NCBI GenBank assembly: GCA_963664225.1
Contig: OY760937.1
Span: forward strand, 5,719,427 to 5,783,426
Direction of reading: 5' to 3'
Source of the DNA: Verrucomicrobiia bacterium
GTDB lineage: Bacteria > Verrucomicrobiota > Verrucomicrobiia > Limisphaerales > UBA1319
Length of the DNA: 64,000 nucleotides
The translations under genes and the position numbers were made by a program. This document shows, in pieces, positions 47,359-57,868 of this stretch. Numbering within the stretch: position 1 is the first letter of the stretch; each line of letters starts with the position of its first letter. The notes beneath the pieces were generated by a model that saw nothing but the letters and a program-made list of their open reading frames with translations, was not told the origin of the DNA and searched no databases.

Positions 47359-47732
47359 AAAACATCATCGCCATCATCCGCATGAACAAGGTCAACGCCA
47401 CCAAGACTGCGTTGATCGATGCCGGGTTCCCAGCATTCACCGTCCGCAAGGTCCTGGGACGAGGCAAGGGCAATGTGGATTTCCGGGTGATTCACGGGGC
47501 TGAAGCGGGCGCTCCGGAAGCCATCGCCCGCTTGAAGGACGACGGTCCAATGCTCATTCCCAAGCGGATGATGACCATTGCCGCTGAGGATGCGGCCGTG
47601 CCAAAGATCGTCGAGGCCATCATCAAAACAAACCGGACCGGCCAGAAGGGCGATGGGAAAATATTCGTTCTGCCCCTGGAGGAAGTGGTTCGCATCCGCA
47701 CCGGCGAGCGCGATGCCGCCGCGGTGAACTAA
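47355..47732 (+). CDS. nifI2: PII-like nitrogenase regulator NifI2
   Basis: IIRMNKVNATK, GRGKG, PKR, GDGKIFVLP..RIRTGE. ATGA overlap with nifI1. Confidence 0.92.
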   Translation: MKNIIAIIRMNKVNATKTALIDAGFPAFTVRKVLGRGKGNVDFRVIHGAEAGAPEAIARLKDDGPMLIPKRMMTIAAEDAAVPKIVEAIIKTNRTGQKGDGKIFVLPLEEVVRIRTGERDAAAVN

Positions 47733-47753
47733 ACCATCAACACAAATATTCCT

Positions 47754-49466
47754 ATGCCCGAAACAACTGACGTTACTCCGAATCCCTTGCCTTCCGCAGA
47801 GCAAGTGCGGGAGGAGATGTTGAAGATCTATCCGCCGAAAACGCGCAAAAAGCGTTCGAAGCAGATGATCGTCAACGATCCTGAAGCCCCGCCGGAAGTG
47901 GCCGCCAACACCCGCACCGTGCCCGGCATCATGACTCAACGTGGATGCACGTATGCTGGCTGTCGCGGTGTGGTCATGGGACCGATTTACGATCTGCTGC
48001 AAATCACTCATGGACCGATTGGCTGCGGCTATTACGCCTGGATGACGCGTCGCAATCTGGCCCGTCCGAAGCCCGGCGAACCGAATTTCATGCAATACTC
48101 CATGTCCACGGACATGCAGGAGGATCAGATCATTTTCGGCGGCGAGAAGAAGTTGAAGCAGGCGATCCAGGAGGCTTACGACCTGTTCAAGCCCAAGGCC
48201 ATCGCGATCTTATCGACCTGTCCGGTGGGTCTCATCGGGGACGATGTTCACGCCGTGGCTCGCGAGATGAAGGAGAAGCTTGGCATCAACGTCATGGGTT
48301 TTAGCTGTGAAGGCTACAAGGGCGTGAGCCAATCCGCCGGCCATCACATCGCCAACAACGGCGTTTTCAAAAACATCATCGGGCTGAATGACGAGGCGGA
48401 CGAGGCGGAGTTCAACATCAACATCCTGGGCGAATACAACATCGGTGGGGACGCCTGGGAAATCGACGGGCTGCTGCGCAAGTGCGGCATTCATGTCACC
48501 GCGACGCTGAGCGGCGACGTCAATTACACCCAGGTCACCAAGGCCCACACCGCGATGCTCAACGTCGTGATGTGCCACCGTTCCATCAACTACATCGCGG
48601 AAATGATGGAGAAGAAGTTCGGCATTCCCTGGATCAAGGGCAATTTCATTGGCGCGGAATCCACCGCCAAGTCGTTGCGCAAGATCGCAAAGTATTTCGA
48701 GAGCAAGGAACTTTCCGATCGCGTGGAGCAGGTCATCGCCCTGGAAATGCTCAAGCTCAAACCGATCCAGGCGGACATCGCCACCCGCTGCAAAGGCAAG
48801 AAAGTCGCGCTCTTTGTGGGCGGTTCACGGGCGCATCATTACCAGGATTTGTTTCGCGACATCGGCATGGAAATCGTTTCCGCTGGTTACGAATTTGCCC
48901 ACCGGGATGACTACGAAGGCCGCAAGGTTCTGCCGAGCATCAAGGTGGACGCAGATAGTCGTAACATCGAAGAACTGCACGTTGAGGCCGATCCCGCGCG
49001 ATTCAAGCCGCGAAAGTCACCAGAGCAACTGGCCGCGCTCGCGGCGGGCGGATTCACCTTCAAGGATTACGAGGGAATGATGGCGGAGATGAAAAAGGGC
49101 GTGCTGGTCATTGATGACATCAGCCATCACGAGATCGAAAAGCTGATCGAGATTTACAAGCCCGACATCATTGGCTCGGGCATCAAGGACAAGTATGTCA
49201 TCGAAAAAATGGGCATCCCCTGCAAACAACTGCACAGTTACGACTACGGTGGTCCCTATGCCGGATTCGGCGGGGCGGTCAACTTTTACCGCGAGATCGA
49301 CCGGATGTTGAGCACGAAGGTCTGGAAATACGTCGTGCCGCCGTGGGAAAAAGAACCGCAACTCACCGCCAGCTTTGCCAATCCCGCAAAACGCAATGGC
49401 GTGAAGCGCGAAACCGAAGCCAGGTCATTTATCCGCCAGCATGCGGCCTTAACCGACGAAGTCTGA
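47754..49466 (+). CDS. nifD: Nitrogenase MoFe protein alpha chain (Group II type)
   Basis: P-cluster Cys motifs RGCTYAGC, HGPIGC, STCPVG. FeMoco ligands VMCHRS and LHSYDY. Group II insertion DDYEGRKVLP...DYEGM. Confidence 0.97.
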   Translation: MPETTDVTPNPLPSAEQVREEMLKIYPPKTRKKRSKQMIVNDPEAPPEVAANTRTVPGIMTQRGCTYAGCRGVVMGPIYDLLQITHGPIGCGYYAWMTRRNLARPKPGEPNFMQYSMSTDMQEDQIIFGGEKKLKQAIQEAYDLFKPKAIAILSTCPVGLIGDDVHAVAREMKEKLGINVMGFSCEGYKGVSQSAGHHIANNGVFKNIIGLNDEADEAEFNINILGEYNIGGDAWEIDGLLRKCGIHVTATLSGDVNYTQVTKAHTAMLNVVMCHRSINYIAEMMEKKFGIPWIKGNFIGAESTAKSLRKIAKYFESKELSDRVEQVIALEMLKLKPIQADIATRCKGKKVALFVGGSRAHHYQDLFRDIGMEIVSAGYEFAHRDDYEGRKVLPSIKVDADSRNIEELHVEADPARFKPRKSPEQLAALAAGGFTFKDYEGMMAEMKKGVLVIDDISHHEIEKLIEIYKPDIIGSGIKDKYVIEKMGIPCKQLHSYDYGGPYAGFGGAVNFYREIDRMLSTKVWKYVVPPWEKEPQLTASFANPAKRNGVKRETEARSFIRQHAALTDEV

Positions 49467-49488
49467 CCCAATAGCAAAGGAAATATTT

Positions 49489-50862
49489 ATGCTTAACGCA
49501 ACGACCAGGGAAATCAAACCCCGCGAAGCACTGCGGATCAATCCCGCCAAGACCTGCCAGCCAATCGGCGCAATGTATGCCGCGCTCGGCATCCACGGTT
49601 GCATGCCGCACAGTCACGGTTCACAGGGCTGCTGCTCGTATCACCGCAGTCACCTCACGCGACATTACAAAGAGCCGGTCGTTGCCACGACCAGTTCCTT
49701 CACCGAAGGCGCGTCGGTGTTCGGCGGCCTGGCGAATCTCACACAGGCGTTGTCGAATATCTTTACGATCTACAACCCGGATATCGTGGCAATCCATACG
49801 ACATGCCTCTCGGAGGTCATCGGCGATTCCATTCCGACCTTTGTGCAGAAGGCGCGGGACGAAGGTATCGTGCCACACGGCAAAATTGTCATTCACGCGA
49901 ACACGCCGAGCTTTGTTGGATCTCATATCACCGGTTTTTCGAACATGACATCGGCCATGGTGCGTTACCTGGCCGAGAAAACGGGGAACGTCTTTAATCA
50001 ACTGAACCTCATTCCCGGCTGGGTCGATCCGACGGACATGCGCGAACTCAAACGCATTGCCCGGGAAATGGGCGTGAAGATCGTCATGTTTCCCGACACC
50101 AGCGACGTGCTGGACCTGCCGCAAACCGGCGTTTATCACATGTATCCCAAAGGCGGAACCACCCTGGCGGAATTGAAATCCACAGGCGACAGCATGGCCA
50201 CCATCGCGCTTGGGCATTTCTCAGCGCATCCCGCCGCGATTGAACTTGATGAAAAGTGCAACGTTCCCTGTGCCTTTCTGGAAACACCCATCGGTCTTAC
50301 GCAAACGGACCGTTTCATTCATGCGCTCCGCAACTACGCCGGTATGGATGTGCCCGCCTCGATCAACTACGAGCGCGGCCGCCTGCTCGATGTGATGAGC
50401 GACATGCACCAGTACTTCCACGGTAAACGGGTCGCCGTCAGCGGGGATCCTGACAACGTGATCTCGCTCGTGCAATTCCTGGTGGAGTTGGACATGAAAC
50501 CGGTCTATGTCATCACCGGCTCACCCGGCAACCATTTTGAGCAACGCGTGAAGGAGATTTTGAAGGACCAGGCCCCCGACGCGAAGGTCAAACAAAACGC
50601 GGATTTGTTCGAGTTGCATCAATGGATCAAGAACGAGCCGGTGGATTTGCTCATCACCAACACCTACGGCAAATACATAGCGCGCGCCGAAAACATCCCG
50701 TTCGTGCGTTTTGGTTTCCCAGTGCTCGACCGCATGGGCCATCGGTTGTTCCCAACAGTCGGTTACTCCGGCGCCATGCGGTTGCTCGACAAGATCATCG
50801 ACGCACTGCTCGACAAGAAAGATCGCGAATGTCCCGAGGAATACTTCGAACTCGTTCAATAG
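49489..50862 (+). CDS. nifK: Nitrogenase MoFe protein beta chain
   Basis: INPAKTCQPIGA, HSHGSQGCCSYHR, TTCLSEVIGD, HANTPSFVGSH, C-terminal FELVQ. Short Group II-type N-terminus. Confidence 0.97.
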   Translation: MLNATTREIKPREALRINPAKTCQPIGAMYAALGIHGCMPHSHGSQGCCSYHRSHLTRHYKEPVVATTSSFTEGASVFGGLANLTQALSNIFTIYNPDIVAIHTTCLSEVIGDSIPTFVQKARDEGIVPHGKIVIHANTPSFVGSHITGFSNMTSAMVRYLAEKTGNVFNQLNLIPGWVDPTDMRELKRIAREMGVKIVMFPDTSDVLDLPQTGVYHMYPKGGTTLAELKSTGDSMATIALGHFSAHPAAIELDEKCNVPCAFLETPIGLTQTDRFIHALRNYAGMDVPASINYERGRLLDVMSDMHQYFHGKRVAVSGDPDNVISLVQFLVELDMKPVYVITGSPGNHFEQRVKEILKDQAPDAKVKQNADLFELHQWIKNEPVDLLITNTYGKYIARAENIPFVRFGFPVLDRMGHRLFPTVGYSGAMRLLDKIIDALLDKKDRECPEEYFELVQ

Positions 50863-50865
50863 AAT

Positions 50866-51105
50866 ATGAAAATAAGCGCACGCAACAAACTACCCGGAAA
50901 GATCAAAAAGATCACCGCAGGACCGATTCACGCCGAAGTCATCATTTCCCTCCCTGATGGCATGGAAATAGTCGCCGTCATCACCCGGGAATCGGCAAAG
51001 TCTCTCGGCCTCAAAAAAGGCATGGAAGTCCGGGCAGTGGTAAAATCCACGGACGTCATGGTGGGCGTTTGCTGCGGTCACGAAGACTGCACCTGCACCA
51101 AATGA
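50866..51105 (+). CDS. Molybdate-binding Mop/TOBE protein with Cys-rich tail
   Basis: MKISARNKLPGKI...IVAVITRESAKSLGL..G.EVRAVVKSTDVMV plus tail CCGHEDCTCTK. Confidence 0.9.
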   Translation: MKISARNKLPGKIKKITAGPIHAEVIISLPDGMEIVAVITRESAKSLGLKKGMEVRAVVKSTDVMVGVCCGHEDCTCTK

Positions 51106-51623
51106 ACACACACGCCGCCAGACCCGTTGCGTTCACACTCCGTCCCGCGCTGGAGAGTGACGTGACGGAATTGTTCGCCATGGTTCGCGAGCTGGCGGTT
51201 TTTGAAAAACTGGAGCACGAACTCCAGGTCACTGCGTCAAAGCTTCGCGAGGCGTTGTTTGGCGATCATCCGCTTGGTTTTGCGATCATTGCAGCCGCTG
51301 CCGGTGGAACGGTGGGGTATGCGATTTATTACCTCACCTTTTCTTCGTTCGTCTGTCGTGCCGGGATCTTCCTTGAAGACCTTTACGTGCGCCCGGCCTG
51401 TCGCAGGCAGGGCGTCGGTCGAGCCCTGCTGGAACGTGTGGCGGCCATTGCAACGGAGTCTCATTGCGGACGCCTGGAATGGAATGCGCTGCGTTGGAAT
51501 GCAAACGCGCTCCGTTTCTACCGGGGCGTTGGCGCGTTGGAACTCGACGAATGGGTAATGTTGCGAATGGACGAGGGGTCCCTGAATCGCCTCGCTGCTG
51601 GAAAGGAGATTATCAACTCATGA
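51102..51623 (+). CDS. GNAT N-acetyltransferase (SSAT/diamine-acetyltransferase-like)
   Basis: RELAVFEKL, GIFLEDLYVRPACRRQGVGRALL, CGRLEWNALRWNANALRFY. ATGA overlaps at both ends. Confidence 0.88.
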   Translation: MNTHAARPVAFTLRPALESDVTELFAMVRELAVFEKLEHELQVTASKLREALFGDHPLGFAIIAAAAGGTVGYAIYYLTFSSFVCRAGIFLEDLYVRPACRRQGVGRALLERVAAIATESHCGRLEWNALRWNANALRFYRGVGALELDEWVMLRMDEGSLNRLAAGKEIINS

Positions 51624-52993
51624 TCGAAGTGCTGCCATCCCGCTCTCCGCAAGTGGTGCGAAAGACCAATGGCGTGGCCACTGCCGAAATGGCCTGCGGA
51701 AAGGCGAGCATCGCCGGTTCCGTGAGTCAACGCGCCTGTGTGTTCTGCGGTTCGCGTGTGGTGCTGTATCCGATTGCCGACGCGCTGCATCTGGTCCACG
51801 GCCCCATTGGTTGCGCGGCTTACACCTGGGACATTCGCGGCGCATTGTCCAGCGGTCCTCAACTTCATCGCAATAGTTTTTCCACCGACCTGCAGGAGCT
51901 GGATGTGATTTACGGCGGGGAAAAGAAATTGGAGGCTGCGCTGGTCGAGCTCATTGCGCACTATCAACCCAAGGCGGCCTTTGTCTATTCCACCTGCATC
52001 GTGGGATTGATCGGCGACGATGTCGGGGCGGTCTGCAAACGTGTTTCCGCCAAAACGGGCATCCCGGTGCTGCCCGTGAATTCGGAAGGTTTCAAAGGCA
52101 CCAAGAAGGACGGCTATCACGCCGCGTGTGAAGCAATTTACAAATTGATCGGAACGGGTGACACCTCGGCGATCAGCCCGTACAGCATCAATATTCTTGG
52201 TGAGTTCAACCTGGCCGGCGAAACCTGGATTCTCCGCGATTACTACAAACGCATGGGCATCGAAGTCGTCGCATGCATCACCGGTGATTCGCGCATCGAC
52301 GACATCCGTCGCGCGCATGGGGCCAGACTCAATCTTGTCCAATGCTCCGGTTCCATGATCAGCCTTGCGAAAATGATGGAGCGCGACCACGGCATTCCTT
52401 TCAAGCGCGTCTCCTATTTCGGAATCGAGGACATGAGCGCAGCGCTTTACGAGGCGGCCAAATATTTCAGCGCCGATCCGCAAATCATGGCGCGGACGCA
52501 GGCGCTGGTGCGCGACGAAGTGGCGGCCATCTATCCCGAACTCCAGCGTTACAAACAGAAACTCGCCGGAAAGAAGGCGGCAATCTACGTCGGTGGGGCG
52601 TTCAAGGCGTTCTCCCTGATGCGCGCATTGAGGCTGATCGGAATGGAAACAGCCATCGTTGGCTCACAAACCGGCGACAAGGACGATTACCGCCAGCTCC
52701 AGGAAATGGCTGATCCCGGCACGATCATTGTGGACGATTCAAATCCGCTCGAATTGGCGAAGTTCTGTCTGGAAAAGGACGTGGATCTTTTTATAGGCGG
52801 CGTGAAGGAACGTCCCATTGCCTACAAACTGGGGATCGGCTTCTGCGACCATAACCACGAGCGAAAGGAACCGCTCGCCGGTTACATCGGCATGTTGAAT
52901 TTCGCGAAAGAGGTTTATGCCAGTGTGGCGAGCCCCGTCTGGCAGTTCGCGCCGCGCCGGGCAAAACGAAACACATTGGAGGCGGCACTATGA
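51620..52993 (+). CDS. nifE: FeMo-cofactor scaffold NifE
   Basis: SQRACVFCGSRVV, HLVHGPIGCAAYTWDIRG, STCIVGLIGDD, LVQCSGS, GGVKERP. Start MIEVLP at 51620 after RBS AAGGAG. Confidence 0.95.
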   Translation: MIEVLPSRSPQVVRKTNGVATAEMACGKASIAGSVSQRACVFCGSRVVLYPIADALHLVHGPIGCAAYTWDIRGALSSGPQLHRNSFSTDLQELDVIYGGEKKLEAALVELIAHYQPKAAFVYSTCIVGLIGDDVGAVCKRVSAKTGIPVLPVNSEGFKGTKKDGYHAACEAIYKLIGTGDTSAISPYSINILGEFNLAGETWILRDYYKRMGIEVVACITGDSRIDDIRRAHGARLNLVQCSGSMISLAKMMERDHGIPFKRVSYFGIEDMSAALYEAAKYFSADPQIMARTQALVRDEVAAIYPELQRYKQKLAGKKAAIYVGGAFKAFSLMRALRLIGMETAIVGSQTGDKDDYRQLQEMADPGTIIVDDSNPLELAKFCLEKDVDLFIGGVKERPIAYKLGIGFCDHNHERKEPLAGYIGMLNFAKEVYASVASPVWQFAPRRAKRNTLEAAL

Positions 52994-54429
52994 ACAGCAC
53001 TTTGGAATTGAAAACCAGGGCGGAAATCCTTGCGCCGCTCATCCCGAGTCGCGATTCGGACGAGTCGGACCCCATGGAACTGCGCTCCAGGAATTTCTCC
53101 TCCACGCGCAATGCCTGCAAGCTTTGCACACCGCTCGGCGCTTGTCTGGCCTTTCGCGGCGTGGAAGGTTGCATACCATTTCTGCACGGCTCGCAAGGTT
53201 GCTCCACATACATTCGCCGCTATCTCATCAGCCATTTTCGGGAACCGATTGACATCGCCTCGTCGAATTTCCACGAGGAAAGCGCAATCTTCGGCGGCAG
53301 CAGCAATTTCACCCAGGGTGCGTTGAACATCCTCAAGCAATATCAGCCGCAATTGATCGGCGCGGCCACGACCTGCCTGGCCGAGACCATTGGCGAAAAC
53401 ATGCCCCAACTGATGCGGGAGGTGAAGGAGAAGCTCGGGGATCAACTCACGGCGCCCGTCGTTTACGTTTCCACGGCGAGCTATCGCGGCACACACATTG
53501 ATGGTTTTCATTCCGCAGTGAGGGAACTGGTGGCGCAGCTTTCGGTTGGCGGTGGAATATCCAATTGTATCGCCTTGTTCCCCGGGATGGTTTCCGCGGC
53601 AGACCTTCGTTACTTGAAGGAGATTCTCAGCGATTTAAACCTGTCATTTACCTTGTTGCCCGATTATTCGGATACCATGGATGGCGCGACTTGGTCGGAA
53701 TACGAGAAACTCCAATCCGGCGGCACTAAAGTATCGGCCATACGAGAACTCGGGATGGCCAGGGCAGCCATCGAGTTTGGCCGCGTCCTCGCCGGTACAC
53801 CCACGGCAGGAACCGTGCTGCATGACAAGTTTGCCATCCCGCATCGCCTTCTCGGTCTGCCCATCGGCATCCGCGAGAGCGACGCCTTCTTCGCGGCGCT
53901 GGAGGAAGCAAGCGGTTCCAGGACACCTATGAAACATCAGCGCGAGCGCGGACGACTCGTGGATAGCTACATCGATGGACACAAATACTGTTTTGAAAAG
54001 CGCGCCATTGTATATGGCGAGGAGGATCTGGTCATCGGCCTGACCTCGTTCCTTTGCGAGGTCGGAGTCACACCAGTCCTGTGCGCAAGTGGCGGAAAGA
54101 GTCGCAAATTTGAAAAATGCCTGCGCGCCGCGGTGCCGGAATTGCCCGCTGGAACGCGCGTTGAGGAAGGCTTTGATTTCGCGGAAATGGACGAGGCCGC
54201 CCCCGCGCTCAAGCCCGACTTTCTACTCGGCAGCAGCAAGGGATATTCTCTGGCGCGGAAATGCGGCATCCCCCTGATTCGTGTCGGCTTTCCGATTCAT
54301 GATCGTATCGGCGGCCAGCGCGTGCTGCACCTGGGTTATCGCGGCGCACAGGAATTATTCGATCGTATCGTCAATGCGTTGCTTGATGGCAAACAAGAAA
54401 ACTCACCCGTTGGTTACAGCTATCTATGA
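52990..54429 (+). CDS. nifN: FeMo-cofactor scaffold NifN
   Basis: NACKLCTPLGA, LHGSQGCSTYIRR, TTCLAETIGE, GFPIHDRIGGQR. Follows nifE with an ATGA overlap. Confidence 0.93.
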   Translation: MNSTLELKTRAEILAPLIPSRDSDESDPMELRSRNFSSTRNACKLCTPLGACLAFRGVEGCIPFLHGSQGCSTYIRRYLISHFREPIDIASSNFHEESAIFGGSSNFTQGALNILKQYQPQLIGAATTCLAETIGENMPQLMREVKEKLGDQLTAPVVYVSTASYRGTHIDGFHSAVRELVAQLSVGGGISNCIALFPGMVSAADLRYLKEILSDLNLSFTLLPDYSDTMDGATWSEYEKLQSGGTKVSAIRELGMARAAIEFGRVLAGTPTAGTVLHDKFAIPHRLLGLPIGIRESDAFFAALEEASGSRTPMKHQRERGRLVDSYIDGHKYCFEKRAIVYGEEDLVIGLTSFLCEVGVTPVLCASGGKSRKFEKCLRAAVPELPAGTRVEEGFDFAEMDEAAPALKPDFLLGSSKGYSLARKCGIPLIRVGFPIHDRIGGQRVLHLGYRGAQELFDRIVNALLDGKQENSPVGYSYL

Positions 54430-55724
54430 ACACGACCACCGAAATTGATTTTGCAAACCATCCGTGTTTCAGCAAGGACGCCCATAAGAAATATGGACGC
54501 ATCCATCTGCCGGTCGCGCCGCGCTGCAACATTCAGTGCAATTTCTGCAATCGCAAATACTGCTGCATCAACGAAAGCCGCCCGGGCGTCACCAGCACTG
54601 TGCTCACGCCGCAGCAGGCCCTCGCGTATCTCGACAATGTCATGGCGAAACGCCCGGAGATTACTGTGATGGGCATCGCCGGACCCGGTGATCCATTTGC
54701 GAATCCCGAGGAAACGATGGAGACACTGCGTCTCGTCCGCCGGAAATATCCGAAAATGATTTTGTGCGTTGCTTCGAACGGTTTGAACGTTGGCCCATAT
54801 GTCGATGAAATGGCGGATTTGAAACTGAGCCATGTCACTCTCACAATCAACGCGATTGATCCGGCCATCGGCGCGGAAATATACGCCTGGGTTCGTGACG
54901 GCAAGCGGCCGATGCGTGGCCGGGAGGCCGCAGCCATATTGAACGCGCGGCAGATGGATGCGTTGGTGCGGCTGAAGTCGCGCGGGGTCACCGTAAAGAT
55001 CAATTCCATCATCATCCCCGGCGTCAACGATGACCACATCCCTGAGATTGCCAAAAAGGTTTCCGCGCTCGGGGCGGACATCATGAATTGCATGCCGCTC
55101 GTGCCGGTGGCGGGCGCGGCGTTTGAAGGCGTGCCAGCGCCGGATACGCTCACCACCGCGCGTCTACGGCTCCAATGTGGCGTGCATCTGCCGCAGATGA
55201 CGCACTGTGCCCGCTGCCGTGCGGATGCTGTCGGTTACATTGGCGAGGAAATGTCCGCCGAACAGTTCGCAGGCATCCAGAATTACGCAGCCATGAGCGC
55301 AAATTCCATTGAAGAACAGGTGCGCTCCTATGTTGCTGTGGCCACGATGGAAGGTGCGCTGGTGAATCAGCACCTGGGCGAGGCGGAGCGATTTGTGGTT
55401 TATGAAATCAATCCGGAAAACACCCGCAGTTTCCGACTGAAGGAAATCCGGCAGGCCCCGGCGCCTGGTGGCGGTGATGCGCGATGGGCCTCGCTGGCCG
55501 ATTCGCTCAAGGATTGCCATGCGCTTCTGGTCAATGCCGCCGGGCCCACCCCCATGAAAGTGCTCTCTGAGCACGGACTCAAAGTGATCGAGATGGAAGG
55601 CTTGATCGACGAGGGCCTGCGCGCGGTGTTTGACGACCAACCGATTCCCGCGGGAATGAAACGCCGTTTCACCAGTTGCGGCGCAGGCGTGACCTGCAAA
55701 GGCAACGGCAACGGCTGCGGTTGA
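54426..55724 (+). CDS. nifB: Radical SAM FeMo-cofactor biosynthesis protein NifB (SAM + NifX-like domain)
   Basis: HPCFS, RIHLPVAPRCNIQCNFC, ESRPG, GIAGPGDP, HCARCRADA, VNQHLGEA. Confidence 0.97.
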   Translation: MNTTTEIDFANHPCFSKDAHKKYGRIHLPVAPRCNIQCNFCNRKYCCINESRPGVTSTVLTPQQALAYLDNVMAKRPEITVMGIAGPGDPFANPEETMETLRLVRRKYPKMILCVASNGLNVGPYVDEMADLKLSHVTLTINAIDPAIGAEIYAWVRDGKRPMRGREAAAILNARQMDALVRLKSRGVTVKINSIIIPGVNDDHIPEIAKKVSALGADIMNCMPLVPVAGAAFEGVPAPDTLTTARLRLQCGVHLPQMTHCARCRADAVGYIGEEMSAEQFAGIQNYAAMSANSIEEQVRSYVAVATMEGALVNQHLGEAERFVVYEINPENTRSFRLKEIRQAPAPGGGDARWASLADSLKDCHALLVNAAGPTPMKVLSEHGLKVIEMEGLIDEGLRAVFDDQPIPAGMKRRFTSCGAGVTCKGNGNGCG

Positions 55725-55769
55725 ATTTGTTCCGAACCATCAACGATTCATCATCAACAAAATATAATC

Positions 55770-56072
55770 ATGACCAAACCAACGCATCATATTTTCGTGT
55801 GTGGCAGCTTTCGCGCGACGGGCGCGCAGGGCGTCTGCCATAAAAAGGCATCGGCCCAATTGCTGCAATACTTCGAGCAGGAGGCCGGGGACCGCGGCCT
55901 TGATGGCGTGATGGTCTCCAGCACCGGCTGCATGAAAGTTTGCGACAACGGCCCGGTCGTCATCGTTTACCCGCAGAACGTCTGGTATAAGCAGGTGAAC
56001 GAAGAAGTCGCGGATAAAATCCTCGATGCCATTGAGAATGACACTGTTGCGGAGGAGCACGTCCTGGCGTGA
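55770..56072 (+). CDS. Thioredoxin-like [2Fe-2S] ferredoxin
   Basis: HIFVC...GVCHKK...[20 protein letters not shown]. Confidence 0.9.
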   Translation: MTKPTHHIFVCGSFRATGAQGVCHKKASAQLLQYFEQEAGDRGLDGVMVSSTGCMKVCDNGPVVIVYPQNVWYKQVNEEVADKILDAIENDTVAEEHVLA

Positions 56073-57226
56073 GTGCCTCGCCCGGCATAAAGCCCTGGCT
56101 CATTGATACCACGCTGCGCGATGGCGAGCAGGCGGCGGGTGTGGTGTTTTCACGCCTCGAAAAACTGGCCATCGCCACTGAATTGGCCCGCGCGGGTGTG
56201 CCGGAGCTCGAACTGGGCATCCCGGCAATGGGCCAGGACGAAATCGCCGATATCAACGCCGTCTCCGATCTTGGCCTGCCTGTAAGATTGACCACATGGT
56301 GTCGCGCCACGCGCGAGGATCTCCAGGCCGCAACGCGCTGTCGGGTACATGGCGCCCATTTTTCACTTCCAGTTTCTGAACTCCATTTGCGCGCCTGGAA
56401 GAAGGACCGCGCCTGGGTGCTGCGAACACTGGTCAATCTGGCCTGCGAATTCCGCGATCATTTTCAATTCCTGTCCGTTGGCGCGCAGGACGCATCCCGT
56501 GCGAATCGGGAATTTCTCATTGAATTTGCGCAAACAGCCGCTGCGGCGGGGCTGTGCCGCCTGCGCATTGCCGATACCGTGGGCTTGCTGAACCCGCTTC
56601 AAACACTCGATCTGTTCTCTACGTTGCATGGCGCGGTGCCGGAATTGAGTTTGGAATTCCACGGTCACAATGATCTCGGCATGGCCACGGCGAACACGAT
56701 TGCCGCGCTGGCATCCGGTGCGGAAGCCGCAAGTGTCACTGTCAACGGCCTCGGCGAACGCGCCGGCAACGCGCCGCTGGATGAAGTGGTCATGGCTGCG
56801 CGATTGACGCTCGACCGTGATTGCGGCGTGCATACACGCCAGCTTTCCACTTTGAGCGACTTTGTCGCAAAGGCTTCGGGGCGGCCATTGCATCCCGAAA
56901 AACCCATTGTGGGAGCAGCGGTGTTTAGACATGAGTCGGGTATTCACTGCGGCGGCCTTTTGGAGGATTCCGCCACCTACGAACCCTTCGCAGCCGAAAT
57001 AGTCGGCCACTCCCCGCGAGAGATGGTTCTTGGCCATCATTCAGGAACGCGTTTGTTGAGCAGCGAATTGGAACGATTGAAACTCCATTTGCCATCGGAA
57101 TGGTTCCCCGTGTTGTTGGAAAAAGTCCGCCAATTTGCCACATTTCAAAAATGCGATCTTTCCGAAAAACAGTTTGAGCAAATCGTCCATAACCTGAAAA
57201 AAGATAATGGCCTTCCTGATTTATAA
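56069..57226 (+). CDS. nifV: Homocitrate synthase
   Basis: [51 protein letters not shown]. Lies in the nif operon. Confidence 0.92.
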   Translation: MSASPGIKPWLIDTTLRDGEQAAGVVFSRLEKLAIATELARAGVPELELGIPAMGQDEIADINAVSDLGLPVRLTTWCRATREDLQAATRCRVHGAHFSLPVSELHLRAWKKDRAWVLRTLVNLACEFRDHFQFLSVGAQDASRANREFLIEFAQTAAAAGLCRLRIADTVGLLNPLQTLDLFSTLHGAVPELSLEFHGHNDLGMATANTIAALASGAEAASVTVNGLGERAGNAPLDEVVMAARLTLDRDCGVHTRQLSTLSDFVAKASGRPLHPEKPIVGAAVFRHESGIHCGGLLEDSATYEPFAAEIVGHSPREMVLGHHSGTRLLSSELERLKLHLPSEWFPVLLEKVRQFATFQKCDLSEKQFEQIVHNLKKDNGLPDL

Positions 57227-57716
57227 AAAAAGCGCCGGTGGCGCTGGTATTCGCTATGAACGACTCGGGCCGCTGAAACTTGGCGGACGCGATGGCCTGA
57301 TCGCCGGCCATGTTAAGTCGCTACCTGGCAGCGAGACCGGCAGTTGGAGTCTGACACCGGCCACAATGCTGCAACGGGCGGGCTTTGCATCCGACAACGG
57401 TGAATTGACGATATTATTTGATGCGACCGGTCGTGATGCCACGAGTGTTTGTCTTTATGAATTAATCCGGATTCACGGGAGTTGCCGGGAGTCCTCCACA
57501 CAACTCGCGTTGGATTTTAACATCCTCGTGGATCAGAACTTTTCCGGTAATCTGGCAGAGTATTCCAGGCAATTTGAAATATTGGCGGGGCACAAACCCA
57601 AAGTTCTCGGCGAAACCCTCGCGCTATCCGGGGGTCCGAGCGGCGGCGATTGGAAATGGACCGCGTCTGCGATGAACCTTGGTGTCACCGTTGTCCCGGC
57701 CATGGGAGTGTCTTAA
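57207..57716 (+). CDS. Hypothetical protein at the end of the nif operon
   Basis: 169-aa ORF overlapping the nifV stop by 20 nt. No recognised motif. Confidence 0.65.
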   Translation: MAFLIYKKSAGGAGIRYERLGPLKLGGRDGLIAGHVKSLPGSETGSWSLTPATMLQRAGFASDNGELTILFDATGRDATSVCLYELIRIHGSCRESSTQLALDFNILVDQNFSGNLAEYSRQFEILAGHKPKVLGETLALSGGPSGGDWKWTASAMNLGVTVVPAMGVS

Positions 57717-57868
57717 CCGTCTGGACGTGTCCCGCGCACGCTCAAGATGCCGGTCACGAATTGAACTTTATCGCGCGTTGGCTCAACGGCAACCGAGTCG
57801 GTTGGTTTTCATTTGCATGCCCAAACTTGCAATACGGAGATGCGAGCGACCCGAATGCAAACATGCCT

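Noticed and set aside
49466..49489. Alternative (V or Fe-only) nitrogenase
   Set aside because: No vnfG/anfG between D and K; NifD has the Group II Mo-type insertion, and nifEN plus a Mop gene are present.
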